NCBI GenBank assembly: GCA_044344255.1
Contig: JBIJDH010000003.1
Coordinates: 525,485-589,484, forward strand
Direction: 5' to 3'
Origin: Myxococcota bacterium
GTDB lineage: Bacteria > Myxococcota_A > UBA796 > UBA2385
DNA: 64,000 nucleotides
The notes under the pieces were generated by a model that was not told the DNA's origin, did no database searches, and worked only from the letters and a program-made list of their open reading frames with translations. Made by a program: the position numbers and the translations under genes. Below, one piece after another: positions 41,831 through 50,410 of the stretch (within the stretch, counting starts at the first letter, position 1; the number at the start of each line of letters is the position of its first letter).

Positions 41831-43144
41831 TCAGGGGGTGAGCGTGCCCGCCCCGTTGATCGACCAGCGATGGTCGATCATGGTGTACTGATCGGCGTTG
41901 TCCGCGATGAGCCGGAGGTTCGGATCGGTCAAGGCGTCGACGCGGAGCTCGTACTCGGACAGGTCTCCGGCGCAGGCCCCTTGCGACATCACCACCACCT
42001 GCCAGGTGCCGCCCGTAGAGTCGAACTTCATCGACGGACAGTCGGCGCTGCCCGAATCATCCACCGGCCAGGTGCAGACGAAGCTGCTCCAGGCCTGGCC
42101 GACCGTGCAGCTCTCGCCGTCGTTGAGCCAGAAGGTGGGGTCAAAGGCGGTGGTGGGGTCGGAGGTGTCGATGGAGACCGCGACCGTCTCGCCGGCCACG
42201 GTGTCAATCTCCCACACGTCGAGGATCTCGCCGTCCGACCACCAGCCATAGGAGTAGGGCTCGGGGGGCACATCACCGCCGCCACCGCCGCCGTCATAGT
42301 ATCCGTAGCCGGTGTAGTAGGTGCCGCAGTCGAGGTCAGAGAGGTCCGCGAAGTCCCCGCCGTAGTTCGTCGTACCTTCGCGGAAGGCGCCGTAGACGGC
42401 CTCAGGGCGTCCGTCTGCGCCGTAGTCTTCATAGCCGTAGTAGCTTCCGCAATAGTCTCGGTAGTTCGCCTGGTAGTCAGACCACCCGTAGGACATGCTC
42501 CACGCGATCTGATCACCGTCCCGGGTGAAGGACGACTCCCAGGGGACCCCTCCGCCCGCGACGGGGATCCACACGGTCTCGGCCGGGGGCGGCGCCGCGG
42601 TGTCCGGCTCTCCGCCATCGTCGTAGCCGGGCTCGTCGTAGCCGTAGTAGCCGGTGAAGCCCACGATCAGGACGTCGGAGAAGGTCTCGCCGTACCAGGT
42701 GAGCTCGTTCGAGTGCCCGATGCGCAGGTCGCGGTAGGCGCCGCCCTCCTCGACCAGGGAGAGCAGGGGCGAGAGCCCACAGTCGGCGGGCGCGTCCCCC
42801 GACGCCACCACCCCGTCGGTGGAGAAGGCGAAGTCGCAGTCCGGGCAGACGCCGGTGTATTCGGCGCCAGAGACCGCGACGGTGCCCGCGCAGGACTCGA
42901 CGTCGTCTTCGGAGGAGGACCAAGTGATCGTCCCCTCGAAGGCGCCGAGGTCAGCGTCGGCGTCCGCGTCGCTGTCGGCGTCGGTGTCCGCGTCACTGTC
43001 GGCGTCGGCGTCTCCTTCCTGACGGCCGTCGTTGTCCGGTTCGGCCTTCGGATCACAGGCCGTGAGGCCGAGTGCGCCGAGGCTGAGGATCGAGAGTGCG
43101 GCCCACCACGAGCGGGGGAGGGGTGTGGCAGAGGTCGTGCGCAT
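41831..43144 (-). CDS. acidic lipoprotein with DADADSD linker and C-terminal PPC-like domain
   Basis: LTAC lipobox; DADADSDADTDADSDADAD; CPDC; FDPTFWL...GTWQVVV. Confidence 0.75.
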   Translation of the reverse strand: MRTTSATPLPRSWWAALSILSLGALGLTACDPKAEPDNDGRQEGDADADSDADTDADSDADADADLGAFEGTITWSSSEDDVESCAGTVAVSGAEYTGVCPDCDFAFSTDGVVASGDAPADCGLSPLLSLVEEGGAYRDLRIGHSNELTWYGETFSDVLIVGFTGYYGYDEPGYDDGGEPDTAAPPPAETVWIPVAGGGVPWESSFTRDGDQIAWSMSYGWSDYQANYRDYCGSYYGYEDYGADGRPEAVYGAFREGTTNYGGDFADLSDLDCGTYYTGYGYYDGGGGGGDVPPEPYSYGWWSDGEILDVWEIDTVAGETVAVSIDTSDPTTAFDPTFWLNDGESCTVGQAWSSFVCTWPVDDSGSADCPSMKFDSTGGTWQVVVMSQGACAGDLSEYELRVDALTDPNLRLIADNADQYTMIDHRWSINGAGTLTP

Positions 43145-43337
43145 GTCTTCTCCGGGCAAGGCGACCCGAAACCCCGCCCCGTCGGCACCTCGCTCAATCG
43201 GCCGTAGGCCCGGCGGAGGCGGCGTTCGAAGCAGGGCGGCGCGTCCGTGCGGCCCGTGCAGAAGGTAACCGAAAAGAGGGCGATCGGCGGGGGAGCGGTC
43301 GGACTTCTTCTGGAGGATGTGCGTGGACCGCCCAGGC

Positions 43338-45458
43338 TCAGACGCCGATCAGTCCGGCCTGGCGCACCTTCGCCCAGCGCCGCTCGAAGCGCCTCCACTC
43401 GCCGGGGAAGGTGGCCAGGGCGGCGTCGAAGGTCAGGTGCTCGGCAGCCTTTGGGCTGGCGGCGTCGAGCAGCTCGGAGAGCCACTCGCGCTCCTCCGGG
43501 CTCCCCGCGATCTCGACCTCCTCGTCGATCCCGTGCAACACGAGGCCCGCTGCCGACTCCAACACGGCGCCGCCGAGCCAGATGAGGCGCTCCCCCGGCT
43601 GGATGGGCACGGGCTTGCCGCTGACGGCCTGGCGGACACGGTCGCGCGGCTCACGGCTCCGCGGCACCTTTCCGGAGAACCAGGCGTCGACCGGCTTTTC
43701 GAGGTCTTGGCCGCGCTTCCAGGCCTCCAGAGCGGCCACGAGCGGCTCGTCGAAGCGGTCGTGATCGGCGCCCGTGGGGTCCTCGTGGGGGATGTCGTTG
43801 GAGGCGAAGGTGCCCTCGGGCACGGTGAAGCGCACCTTGTAGCGGGAGGGGTCGCGGAAGACCGCGGAGTGTCGGGTGAGCACGAAGCGGTGCCAGAAGG
43901 CGCTGTTCAGCAGCCCCTCCTCGAAGAGCTGACGCACCACCTCCATGCTCGAGAGGGTCTCCTCGGCGGTCTCGGTGGGGAAGCCGTACATGAGGTAGGC
44001 GTGGACGAGGACCCCGGCCTCGCGGAAGGCCCGGCAGGCGCGCGCGGCCTGCTCGACGGTGATGCCCTTCTCCATGAGGAGGAGCAGGCGGTCGCTCGCC
44101 ACCTCGAGCCCCCCGGTGACCGCGATGAGGCCGGCGGCGGCCAGGAGGCGGCAGAGATCGGGCGTGAAGGTTCGCTCGAAGCGGATGTTCCCCCAGAAGG
44201 AGACGGTGAGGTCGCGGCGGAGGAGCTCCAGGGCCAGCTCCCGAAGGAGCTTCGGCGGCGCCGCCTCATCGACGAGGTGGAAGCCGCTGCAGCCGGTCTC
44301 TTCGATGACCTGCTCCATCTGGTCGACCAAATCTGCGATGCGTGCAGGCTCGTATCGTGCGATATAGTCAAGGTTAATATCGCAGAATGCGCAACGTTTC
44401 CAGTAGCACCCGTGCGCCAGGGTCACCTTGTTCCAGCGCCCATCTGACCAGAGGCGGTGCGCGGGGTTCAGCGTGTCCAGCACGTTGATGTAGGTGTCGA
44501 GACGGAGGTCGGCGTACCAGGCGACCGAGGAGGCAGTGGCGGTGGCGGTGGCGGTGGCGGTGGCGGGCCGCGTGGGCGCCGTGTGGAGGCCAGACGCGCT
44601 GCGGGTGCGGAAGCGGTGGTCGGCGCCGCTGGCGAGCTGCTCGAGGATCGCGAGCAGCGGCCCCTCTCCGTCGTCGTAGGTGAGCGCGTCGATGTTCTCC
44701 CAGAGCCGGGGCTCCGAGACCGAGCGGAGCTCGGTGTTGACGTAGCCCCCGCCCATCACGACGGGCACTCCGGCCGCCTTGAGGCGGCGCCCGATCCGCA
44801 GGGCGCCGTACAGGGTGCCGGGGAAGGGCACCGAGAGGCCCACGAGGTCGGGGCGAGGTCCGTCCAGGAGGCTGTCCGCGAGCTCGTCGAGCCAGTCGTC
44901 GAGCAGGGTGTGGCCCTTGAGGCGCTCGTGCAGGGCGTCGAAGGAGACCGGCCCGACGCAGAGGTGGTGCTGGTAGGCCGCGAGGCTGAAGCCCTCGTCG
45001 AGGCAGCTCTGCACGAGATCGCAGAGGTCCTCGATGTAGAGGGAGGCGAGGTAACGGGCGGCGTCCTCCACCCCCATCGGGCCGAAGTCCTCCGTGCTGG
45101 CGGCGTCGAGGCGGGGCCCCGTCGGAAGGAAGGCCGTGTGGAGGATGCGGGTGGCGAGGGTGCGGTCCTTCCCTTGGAGGAAGCGGAGGACCGGGCCGAT
45201 GGTCGCCTCGTGACGCTCGCGCAGGGCGAAAGATCGCCAGGCGGGCTCCGGGAGCTCGTCGGCCTCGGCGCGCTGCTCGATCTGGTCGAAGATCTCGCGG
45301 AGGCCCTCACGGGAGAGGACCCGGCAGACGAGCTCGATGCCGAGGTCGCGCAGGTGCACGCTGTGGCCGGCGTCCCGGAGCGCACGCGCGAGGTAGCCGA
45401 TCGCCGGGTAGGGCGTGTTCAACTGCGTGAGCGGCGGGTTGACCAGCGTGACCCGCAT
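43338..45458 (-). CDS. B12-binding-type radical SAM protein (about 700 aa family)
   Basis: PPLTQLNTPYPA, HGCYWKRCAFCD, GGLEVASDRLL, HAYLMYGFPT. Confidence 0.9.
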   Translation of the reverse strand: MRVTLVNPPLTQLNTPYPAIGYLARALRDAGHSVHLRDLGIELVCRVLSREGLREIFDQIEQRAEADELPEPAWRSFALRERHEATIGPVLRFLQGKDRTLATRILHTAFLPTGPRLDAASTEDFGPMGVEDAARYLASLYIEDLCDLVQSCLDEGFSLAAYQHHLCVGPVSFDALHERLKGHTLLDDWLDELADSLLDGPRPDLVGLSVPFPGTLYGALRIGRRLKAAGVPVVMGGGYVNTELRSVSEPRLWENIDALTYDDGEGPLLAILEQLASGADHRFRTRSASGLHTAPTRPATATATATATASSVAWYADLRLDTYINVLDTLNPAHRLWSDGRWNKVTLAHGCYWKRCAFCDINLDYIARYEPARIADLVDQMEQVIEETGCSGFHLVDEAAPPKLLRELALELLRRDLTVSFWGNIRFERTFTPDLCRLLAAAGLIAVTGGLEVASDRLLLLMEKGITVEQAARACRAFREAGVLVHAYLMYGFPTETAEETLSSMEVVRQLFEEGLLNSAFWHRFVLTRHSAVFRDPSRYKVRFTVPEGTFASNDIPHEDPTGADHDRFDEPLVAALEAWKRGQDLEKPVDAWFSGKVPRSREPRDRVRQAVSGKPVPIQPGERLIWLGGAVLESAAGLVLHGIDEEVEIAGSPEEREWLSELLDAASPKAAEHLTFDAALATFPGEWRRFERRWAKVRQAGLIGV
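44536..44565 (+). repeat. (GTGGCG)5 in-frame microsatellite
   Basis: Five perfect hexamers encoding an Ala-Thr run just N-terminal of the radical SAM core. Confidence 0.9.
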
Positions 45459-45459
45459 G

Positions 45460-46308
45460 TCAGCCCTTCGCGGGGCGCATCGCGGCGAGGGCGGCCTTGA
45501 TGTCTTCCCGAGGCCAGTCCGTGAGCAGGCTGAACTCCTGCCCGCCCTTGAGCCACTCCCCGCCGTCGATGGTCACGATCTCCCCGGTCACGTAGGCGGC
45601 GCCGGGGGCCATCAGGTAGCAGGCGAGGTTGGCGAGCTCGGGCAGCTCGCCGAAGCGGCCGGCGGGGATGCGCTTCAAGGTGGTCTCCTCCATCCCCGAG
45701 GCCATCAGCCGGCTGAAGGCCCCTTCGGTGGGGAAGGGCCCAGGCGCGATGCCGTTGCAGCGGATCCCGTAGTGGGCCCACTCCACGGCGAGAGAGCGGG
45801 TCATGGCGAGCACGCCGGCCTTGGCCATCGCGCTCGGCAGCACGAAGCCGGAGCCCATCCAGGCGTAGGTGGTGAGGATGGAGAGCACCGACCCCTTCGT
45901 GCCGCGGGCGATCCACCGCCGCCCGAGCTCGGTGGTGCAGTGGAAGCTCCCGTACATCACGATCTGCACGACGGAGTTGAAGCCACCGGCGCTGAGGTCT
46001 TCGGAGGGGCAAAGAAAATTGCCGGCCGCGTTGTTCACGAGGCCCGTGATCGGCCCGAGCTCGGCCTCGAGGGCATCCACCGCGGCCGTGACCGAGGCCG
46101 GGACCTTCACGTCGAGCGGCGCCCAGGCGGCGGTGCCTCCGGCGGCGCGGATGGCCTCGACGGTCTCCTGAAGCGGCTCTGGGCGGCGACCGCCGACCGC
46201 GATCCTCGCGCCGAGCTCGGCCATACGCTCGGCCATCGCCCGGCCGAGTCCGGTGCCCCCGCCCGTGATGAGGATCGTCTGGCCAGCTAGCAGATCGGTC
46301 GAAAACAT
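45460..46308 (-). CDS. SDR, 2,4-dienoyl-CoA reductase-like
   Basis: ITGGGTGLG, NNAAGNF, SAMAKAGV, IAPGPFPT, IDGGEW. Confidence 0.9.
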   Translation of the reverse strand: MFSTDLLAGQTILITGGGTGLGRAMAERMAELGARIAVGGRRPEPLQETVEAIRAAGGTAAWAPLDVKVPASVTAAVDALEAELGPITGLVNNAAGNFLCPSEDLSAGGFNSVVQIVMYGSFHCTTELGRRWIARGTKGSVLSILTTYAWMGSGFVLPSAMAKAGVLAMTRSLAVEWAHYGIRCNGIAPGPFPTEGAFSRLMASGMEETTLKRIPAGRFGELPELANLACYLMAPGAAYVTGEIVTIDGGEWLKGGQEFSLLTDWPREDIKAALAAMRPAKG

Positions 46309-46432
46309 GGGCGCTCCGGAGGGCGAGGAGAGTCGGCGACGAATTTCTGGGGAGGCTCGTTAACCGACCGCGCTACGTTGACACCTCTGAGTGGATGGCG
46401 GGGCGCTGCGCCCGCACCGTGGGAGCATCGGC

Positions 46433-47032
46433 ATGAACTATGCGGCCCTCTACGAGCGGATCCTCCGCAAGGTGGACGATCAGTCCTACCTTCCCCTCGT
46501 GGACTCCGTGGCCGACGCCGCCCAGCGTCAGGCCCTGCAGCCCTTCCAGCAGATGATGCTCAGCCGCGACTTTGACGCCGCGCTCGTGCTGGAGATGCTC
46601 AGCGGGCTGGCCGCGGCGGGGCGAATCGATCGGGTGATCCACCTCTCTTGTCAGCACGCGGTCGCCACCAAGCAGCGCGACCACACGCTCGCCGCCCGTC
46701 TGGTCGGCGAGCAGGAGATGGCCGCCATCGAGCTCGGCGGTCCCAACCTACAGAGCAACCTCGCCAGCGTGGAGCGGCACCGTGGAGTGCTGGCCTTCCG
46801 TCTCGGCAGCTACGAGGTGGCCCTCGACTACTTCTCCCGCGCCTTCGAGCGGCAGCGCAGCGCGGGCAACCTCTCGAACGTGCTCGCGACGTTGATCCGC
46901 CTCGGGGACGAAGGCGAGGCCCGGGAGCTGCTCCAGCAGGTGCAGCGGTCCCTCCCGACTGCCCTCGTCACCGAGCTCAACCGATTGATCGCCCTCGATC
47001 CGGACCTCTCTCTCCTGCGTACGGAGCCTTAG
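46433..47032 (+). CDS. cytoplasmic TPR-like protein
   Basis: GGAG RBS; RGVLAFRLGSYEVALDYFSRAF and NVLATLIRLGDEGEARELL helical pairs. Confidence 0.75.
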   Translation: MNYAALYERILRKVDDQSYLPLVDSVADAAQRQALQPFQQMMLSRDFDAALVLEMLSGLAAAGRIDRVIHLSCQHAVATKQRDHTLAARLVGEQEMAAIELGGPNLQSNLASVERHRGVLAFRLGSYEVALDYFSRAFERQRSAGNLSNVLATLIRLGDEGEARELLQQVQRSLPTALVTELNRLIALDPDLSLLRTEP

Positions 47033-47034
47033 CC

Positions 47035-47268
47035 ATGAATTTCCTCGCCCTTTATTCGTGGCTCCTCCTCTCCCTCAGCCCGAGCTCCACCGCGCCCGTC
47101 GGCAGCGCCAGCGGGCATGCCGGCTGCGGCGCGCACGGCACCGCCGCGTACGCCCGGTGTGTGCGGGAGGGTGAAGAGGCGACCTCGGGCTCCACCAGCG
47201 GGGGGGGGGGCCAGGATGGGCGGGGCCAGTACTCGACCGATCCTCGCCCCATTTACGACGGGATCTGA
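47035..47268 (+). CDS. 77-aa putative exported peptide precursor
   Basis: GGAG RBS, ATG 2 nt after the upstream stop; MNFLALYSWLLLSLS hydrophobic N-terminus; two Cys; ends PRPIYDGI; fills the gap between its neighbours exactly. Confidence 0.7.
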   Translation: MNFLALYSWLLLSLSPSSTAPVGSASGHAGCGAHGTAAYARCVREGEEATSGSTSGGGGQDGRGQYSTDPRPIYDGI

Positions 47269-47271
47269 GCC

Positions 47272-47931
47272 ATGCGGTTGAACGACCGGGATGAGCTCTC
47301 CCTCCTGTTACGCGCGCTGCTCGCCGATCGGACGGCGCCCGAGACCCGGGCCCTCTGCCTCAGCCTCGCGCCCTCGATCCACCAACGGATCGCCAGTCAC
47401 ATCCAGCACCGGTACCCCGACCTGCTCGCCGCCCCCGACGAGGAGGAGCTGGTCGAAGAGGTGCTGATGGAGCTCCTCACCAACGGGCTGCGCAATTTCC
47501 GGGGGGGCACGGTGCCCGAGCTCGTGGCCTACGTCCGTCGGATCGCGGACTGCGCGGTCTGGAAGCGCGCCACCCGTCGCCGTCGCGAGCGAGACGCCCT
47601 GGCCGGCGAGGTGGGCGAGATCGTGAGGAGCTGGTCTTCGGCGGCGCCCGAGGTGGAGGAGAGCCTCCGCCATCTGCCGGCATGTCCGCTCAGCTCGACC
47701 GATGAGGCCTACCTCCTCGAGCTGCTCCGGGCCGGGAGCCGCGCCGACTTCGCCCGTCGCCAGGGTGTGAGTCGCGCCGCGGTGACGCAGCGGGTCCAGC
47801 GAATCCGGGACCGGATCGAGGCCCTCTCGCCGCTCGACCGCGCCTCGGCGGAGGCCTGGCTCCTCCACGCCGCCGACGTCGCGATTCGTCAGCGTGCCGA
47901 ACAGACCCCGATCGACGCCCGGGCCCGCTGA
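47272..47931 (+). CDS. ECF-like sigma factor
   Basis: Region 2-like EELVEEVLMELL..NFRG..AYVRRIA; region 4 HTH SRADFARRQGVSRAAVTQRVQRIRDRI. Confidence 0.7.
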   Translation: MRLNDRDELSLLLRALLADRTAPETRALCLSLAPSIHQRIASHIQHRYPDLLAAPDEEELVEEVLMELLTNGLRNFRGGTVPELVAYVRRIADCAVWKRATRRRRERDALAGEVGEIVRSWSSAAPEVEESLRHLPACPLSSTDEAYLLELLRAGSRADFARRQGVSRAAVTQRVQRIRDRIEALSPLDRASAEAWLLHAADVAIRQRAEQTPIDARAR

Positions 47932-47934
47932 TGG

Positions 47935-48924
47935 TCAGAGGGCGAAGCGCGCGCCCACATGCCCGCCGAAGCTTCGATCGAGGCCGGCGTTGAGCTGTCC
48001 ATATAGGCGGAGGTAGGCGAGGTTGATCTGCAGGCCGCCGAAGAAGCGGGGGGTGAAGAGGTCGCCCTGGCCGACGCTGGAGATCGAGGCGGTGGCTGAG
48101 CCGATCTTCTGCGTCTCTCCGTCAGCCCGGACCGTGATGTCGCCGGTGAGGGCGATGTCGCTGACCGCGTTGCCCTGAGGGGTGATGTCGACGGCCGCCC
48201 CCAAAAAGGGCGACAAGATCCGGAGCTGCATCCCCGTCGAGAGCTCGACCGGGATGCTGTTGGACGTGGCGGTGATCTCGTAGGTTCCGTCGGCGTCCCA
48301 GGTGATCTTCCCCGACTCCACGGGAACCGACTCGGCGAGCCCCACGCGGTAGCGGGCGTGCTCAAAGCCGGTGGTGAGGTTGAAGCCACCCCACGCGGTC
48401 TTCTTCTGGGAGGTGGGCCCGCCGAGGTTGAATTGCATGTGGGCGCCCAGGTTGAGCAGGTCGCCGGTGAAGGGGGCGTGGTTGGCCTGCGAGGCCATCC
48501 CGTTCACGTAGAGCCGGAAGTGCCGTGCGGGGCTGCCGTCCTTTGCGCCAACGCCGAAATTAATTCCGGCCATCGCCGCCAACTGAAAGGCAAAGCCGCC
48601 GTTTGGGAGGTAGTTGTCTCCCCAGCCGAGGCGCACCCCGTTCGAGTTCACCGCGCTGCCAAACGCGACCCCCGCGACGAAGCGCTGCGGGTTGCTGGCA
48701 TAGTCCACCCCCATCCCCTTGGTCGACATCGTGGTGGCGTTCGCCATCTTCACGAGGAAGTCTTGCTGATCGTCGAGGGAGAGCTGCTCGTTCATCGCCC
48801 CGCGCATTTGATCATCGTAGGTGTCGGCGTTCACGCCGGCGGCGGCAGAGAGCGTGGGGTCCAGGTTCACCGAGATCTGCTGGGCCAGCGCGGCGTCGGT
48901 GAGGGCAAGGAGGAGAAGGACCAT
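47935..48924 (-). CDS. outer-membrane/surface beta-barrel-like protein (Lsa36-like)
   Basis: Signal peptide; MANATTMSTKGMGVDYAS; alternating beta strands; ends GARFAL. Confidence 0.6.
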   Translation of the reverse strand: MVLLLLALTDAALAQQISVNLDPTLSAAAGVNADTYDDQMRGAMNEQLSLDDQQDFLVKMANATTMSTKGMGVDYASNPQRFVAGVAFGSAVNSNGVRLGWGDNYLPNGGFAFQLAAMAGINFGVGAKDGSPARHFRLYVNGMASQANHAPFTGDLLNLGAHMQFNLGGPTSQKKTAWGGFNLTTGFEHARYRVGLAESVPVESGKITWDADGTYEITATSNSIPVELSTGMQLRILSPFLGAAVDITPQGNAVSDIALTGDITVRADGETQKIGSATASISSVGQGDLFTPRFFGGLQINLAYLRLYGQLNAGLDRSFGGHVGARFAL

Positions 48925-48946
48925 CAGCGCGCTCCGTTGGGGGCCA

Positions 48947-50320
48947 TTATGGCCCCTCGGTCTCGCTCACGCCATCGCCGAGGCCAAGCCGTGAGAGCTT
49001 GTTGAGCAGCCCTTGGCGAGAGAGCCCGAGGCGGAGGGCCGTTCGGCTGCGATTGCCCCCCTCTGTGGCCAAGGCCGCGGCGATGACCCGCCGCTCGAGG
49101 GCCTCGACTTGCCCGGAGAGGGTGCTCCCATCCGGGCCTGTGGTCGGGGCCTGTAAACCGAGATCTGCGGGTACCACGGCCGGGCGTGAGCCCGCCATGA
49201 CGGCGGCCCGCTGCATGCAATGGCGGAGCTCGCGGAGGTTCCCGGGCCAGGGGTGGGCGAGCAAGGCCTGCTCGGCCGCTGGTGTGAGGGCGTGAGCGCC
49301 GCCGACGAGGGTCTCGGCCTGACAGAGGAAGTGTCGCGCCAGGATGATGATGTCCTCGCCCCGGTCTCGGAGGGGCGGGAGGCTGATCTCGATGCCGCGC
49401 AGGCGCCAGAAGAGGTCGTCGCGGAACGCGCCCTCGCGGGTGAGGCGGCTGAGATCGCGGTTGGTCGCCGAGACGATGCGCACGTCCACATGGACGGTCC
49501 GGTCCGCCCCCACAGGCAAGATCTCGCCGGCCTCGATCGCGCGCAGGAGGCGGACCTGGGTGGGCGGCTCGAGGTCGCCCACCTCGTCCAGGAAGAGCGT
49601 ACCCCCATGTGCCTCCGTGAAGAGGCCCTTCCGCGCGCGATCCGCGCCGGTGAAGGCGCCCTTCACGTGCCCGAAGAGCGTGCTCTCCAGCAGGGTGGGC
49701 GGCAGCGCGCCGCAGTTGACCGCCACCCAGGGCTGGCCGGCGCGGCGGGAGGCCTCGTGGACCCGGCGGGCGAGGAGCTCCTTTCCGGTGCCGTGCTCGC
49801 CGGTGATCAGCACGGCGAGATCGGTGGGGCCGACCCGATCCGCGAGATCGACCGCGGAGATGAGCTGAGGCGCTCGGCCAACCAGGCCCCCGCCCGGTTG
49901 ACGCTCGACGAGCTGCTGCTTGAGGGCGGCGATCTCCCGCTCCATCTGGCCGAGCGCCGCCGCCCGCTTGAGCACCACGAGCAGCACGTCGGGATCGACC
50001 GGCTTCTGCAGGTGGTCGTGGGCCCCACGGCGCACGGAGGCGAGGGCCACGTCTCGGGCGCCAGAGCCCGTGACCACCACCACCTTGGCGGAGGGACAGC
50101 GCTGGAGGAGCTGGTCCAGCAGGTTCAGGCCCTCCTCGGCGCGCTGGGTGGGCGGCAGCATCAGGTCGAGCAGCACGAGATCGGGCGCAACCCGCGTCGC
50201 CGCACTCACGGCCGCCACCGCGTCGGCGGCCTCGGAGACGACGTAGCCCTCCGCCTCGAGGAGGGGCCGGTAGACGCGGCGCAGCGCGGCGTCGTCTTCG
50301 ACCCAGAGCAGGTGTGTCAT
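48947..50320 (-). CDS. sigma54-dependent response regulator (NtrC/PrsR-like)
   Basis: VEDD receiver, LLDLMLPP, GEHGTGKE, GAFTGA, WPGNLREL, Fis HTH. Confidence 0.92.
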   Translation of the reverse strand: MTHLLWVEDDAALRRVYRPLLEAEGYVVSEAADAVAAVSAATRVAPDLVLLDLMLPPTQRAEEGLNLLDQLLQRCPSAKVVVVTGSGARDVALASVRRGAHDHLQKPVDPDVLLVVLKRAAALGQMEREIAALKQQLVERQPGGGLVGRAPQLISAVDLADRVGPTDLAVLITGEHGTGKELLARRVHEASRRAGQPWVAVNCGALPPTLLESTLFGHVKGAFTGADRARKGLFTEAHGGTLFLDEVGDLEPPTQVRLLRAIEAGEILPVGADRTVHVDVRIVSATNRDLSRLTREGAFRDDLFWRLRGIEISLPPLRDRGEDIIILARHFLCQAETLVGGAHALTPAAEQALLAHPWPGNLRELRHCMQRAAVMAGSRPAVVPADLGLQAPTTGPDGSTLSGQVEALERRVIAAALATEGGNRSRTALRLGLSRQGLLNKLSRLGLGDGVSETEGP

Positions 50321-50410
50321 GGACCGGTAGATATGGTGCTCAATCCAGCGGCGCACGTGCCAGTTCGGCGGCGACAGGGCTACATTCGGAGCCCCGCTCA
50401 GGTGCCCCTC

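Noticed and set aside
42950..43012. Asp-Ala repeat DNA
   Set aside because: A low-complexity acidic linker of a lipoprotein, not an independent element.
40340..47268. Two B12 radical SAM genes plus the 77-aa peptide as a RiPP cluster
   Set aside because: The peptide is on the opposite strand in a separate operon, has an export-like rather than leader-like N-terminus, and no RRE, SPASM domain or transporter is evident.
49220..50410. N-terminal 397 aa of the 1512-aa ORF
   Set aside because: It is antisense to the sigma54 regulator; the real start is ATG 50411, which gives a signal peptide.
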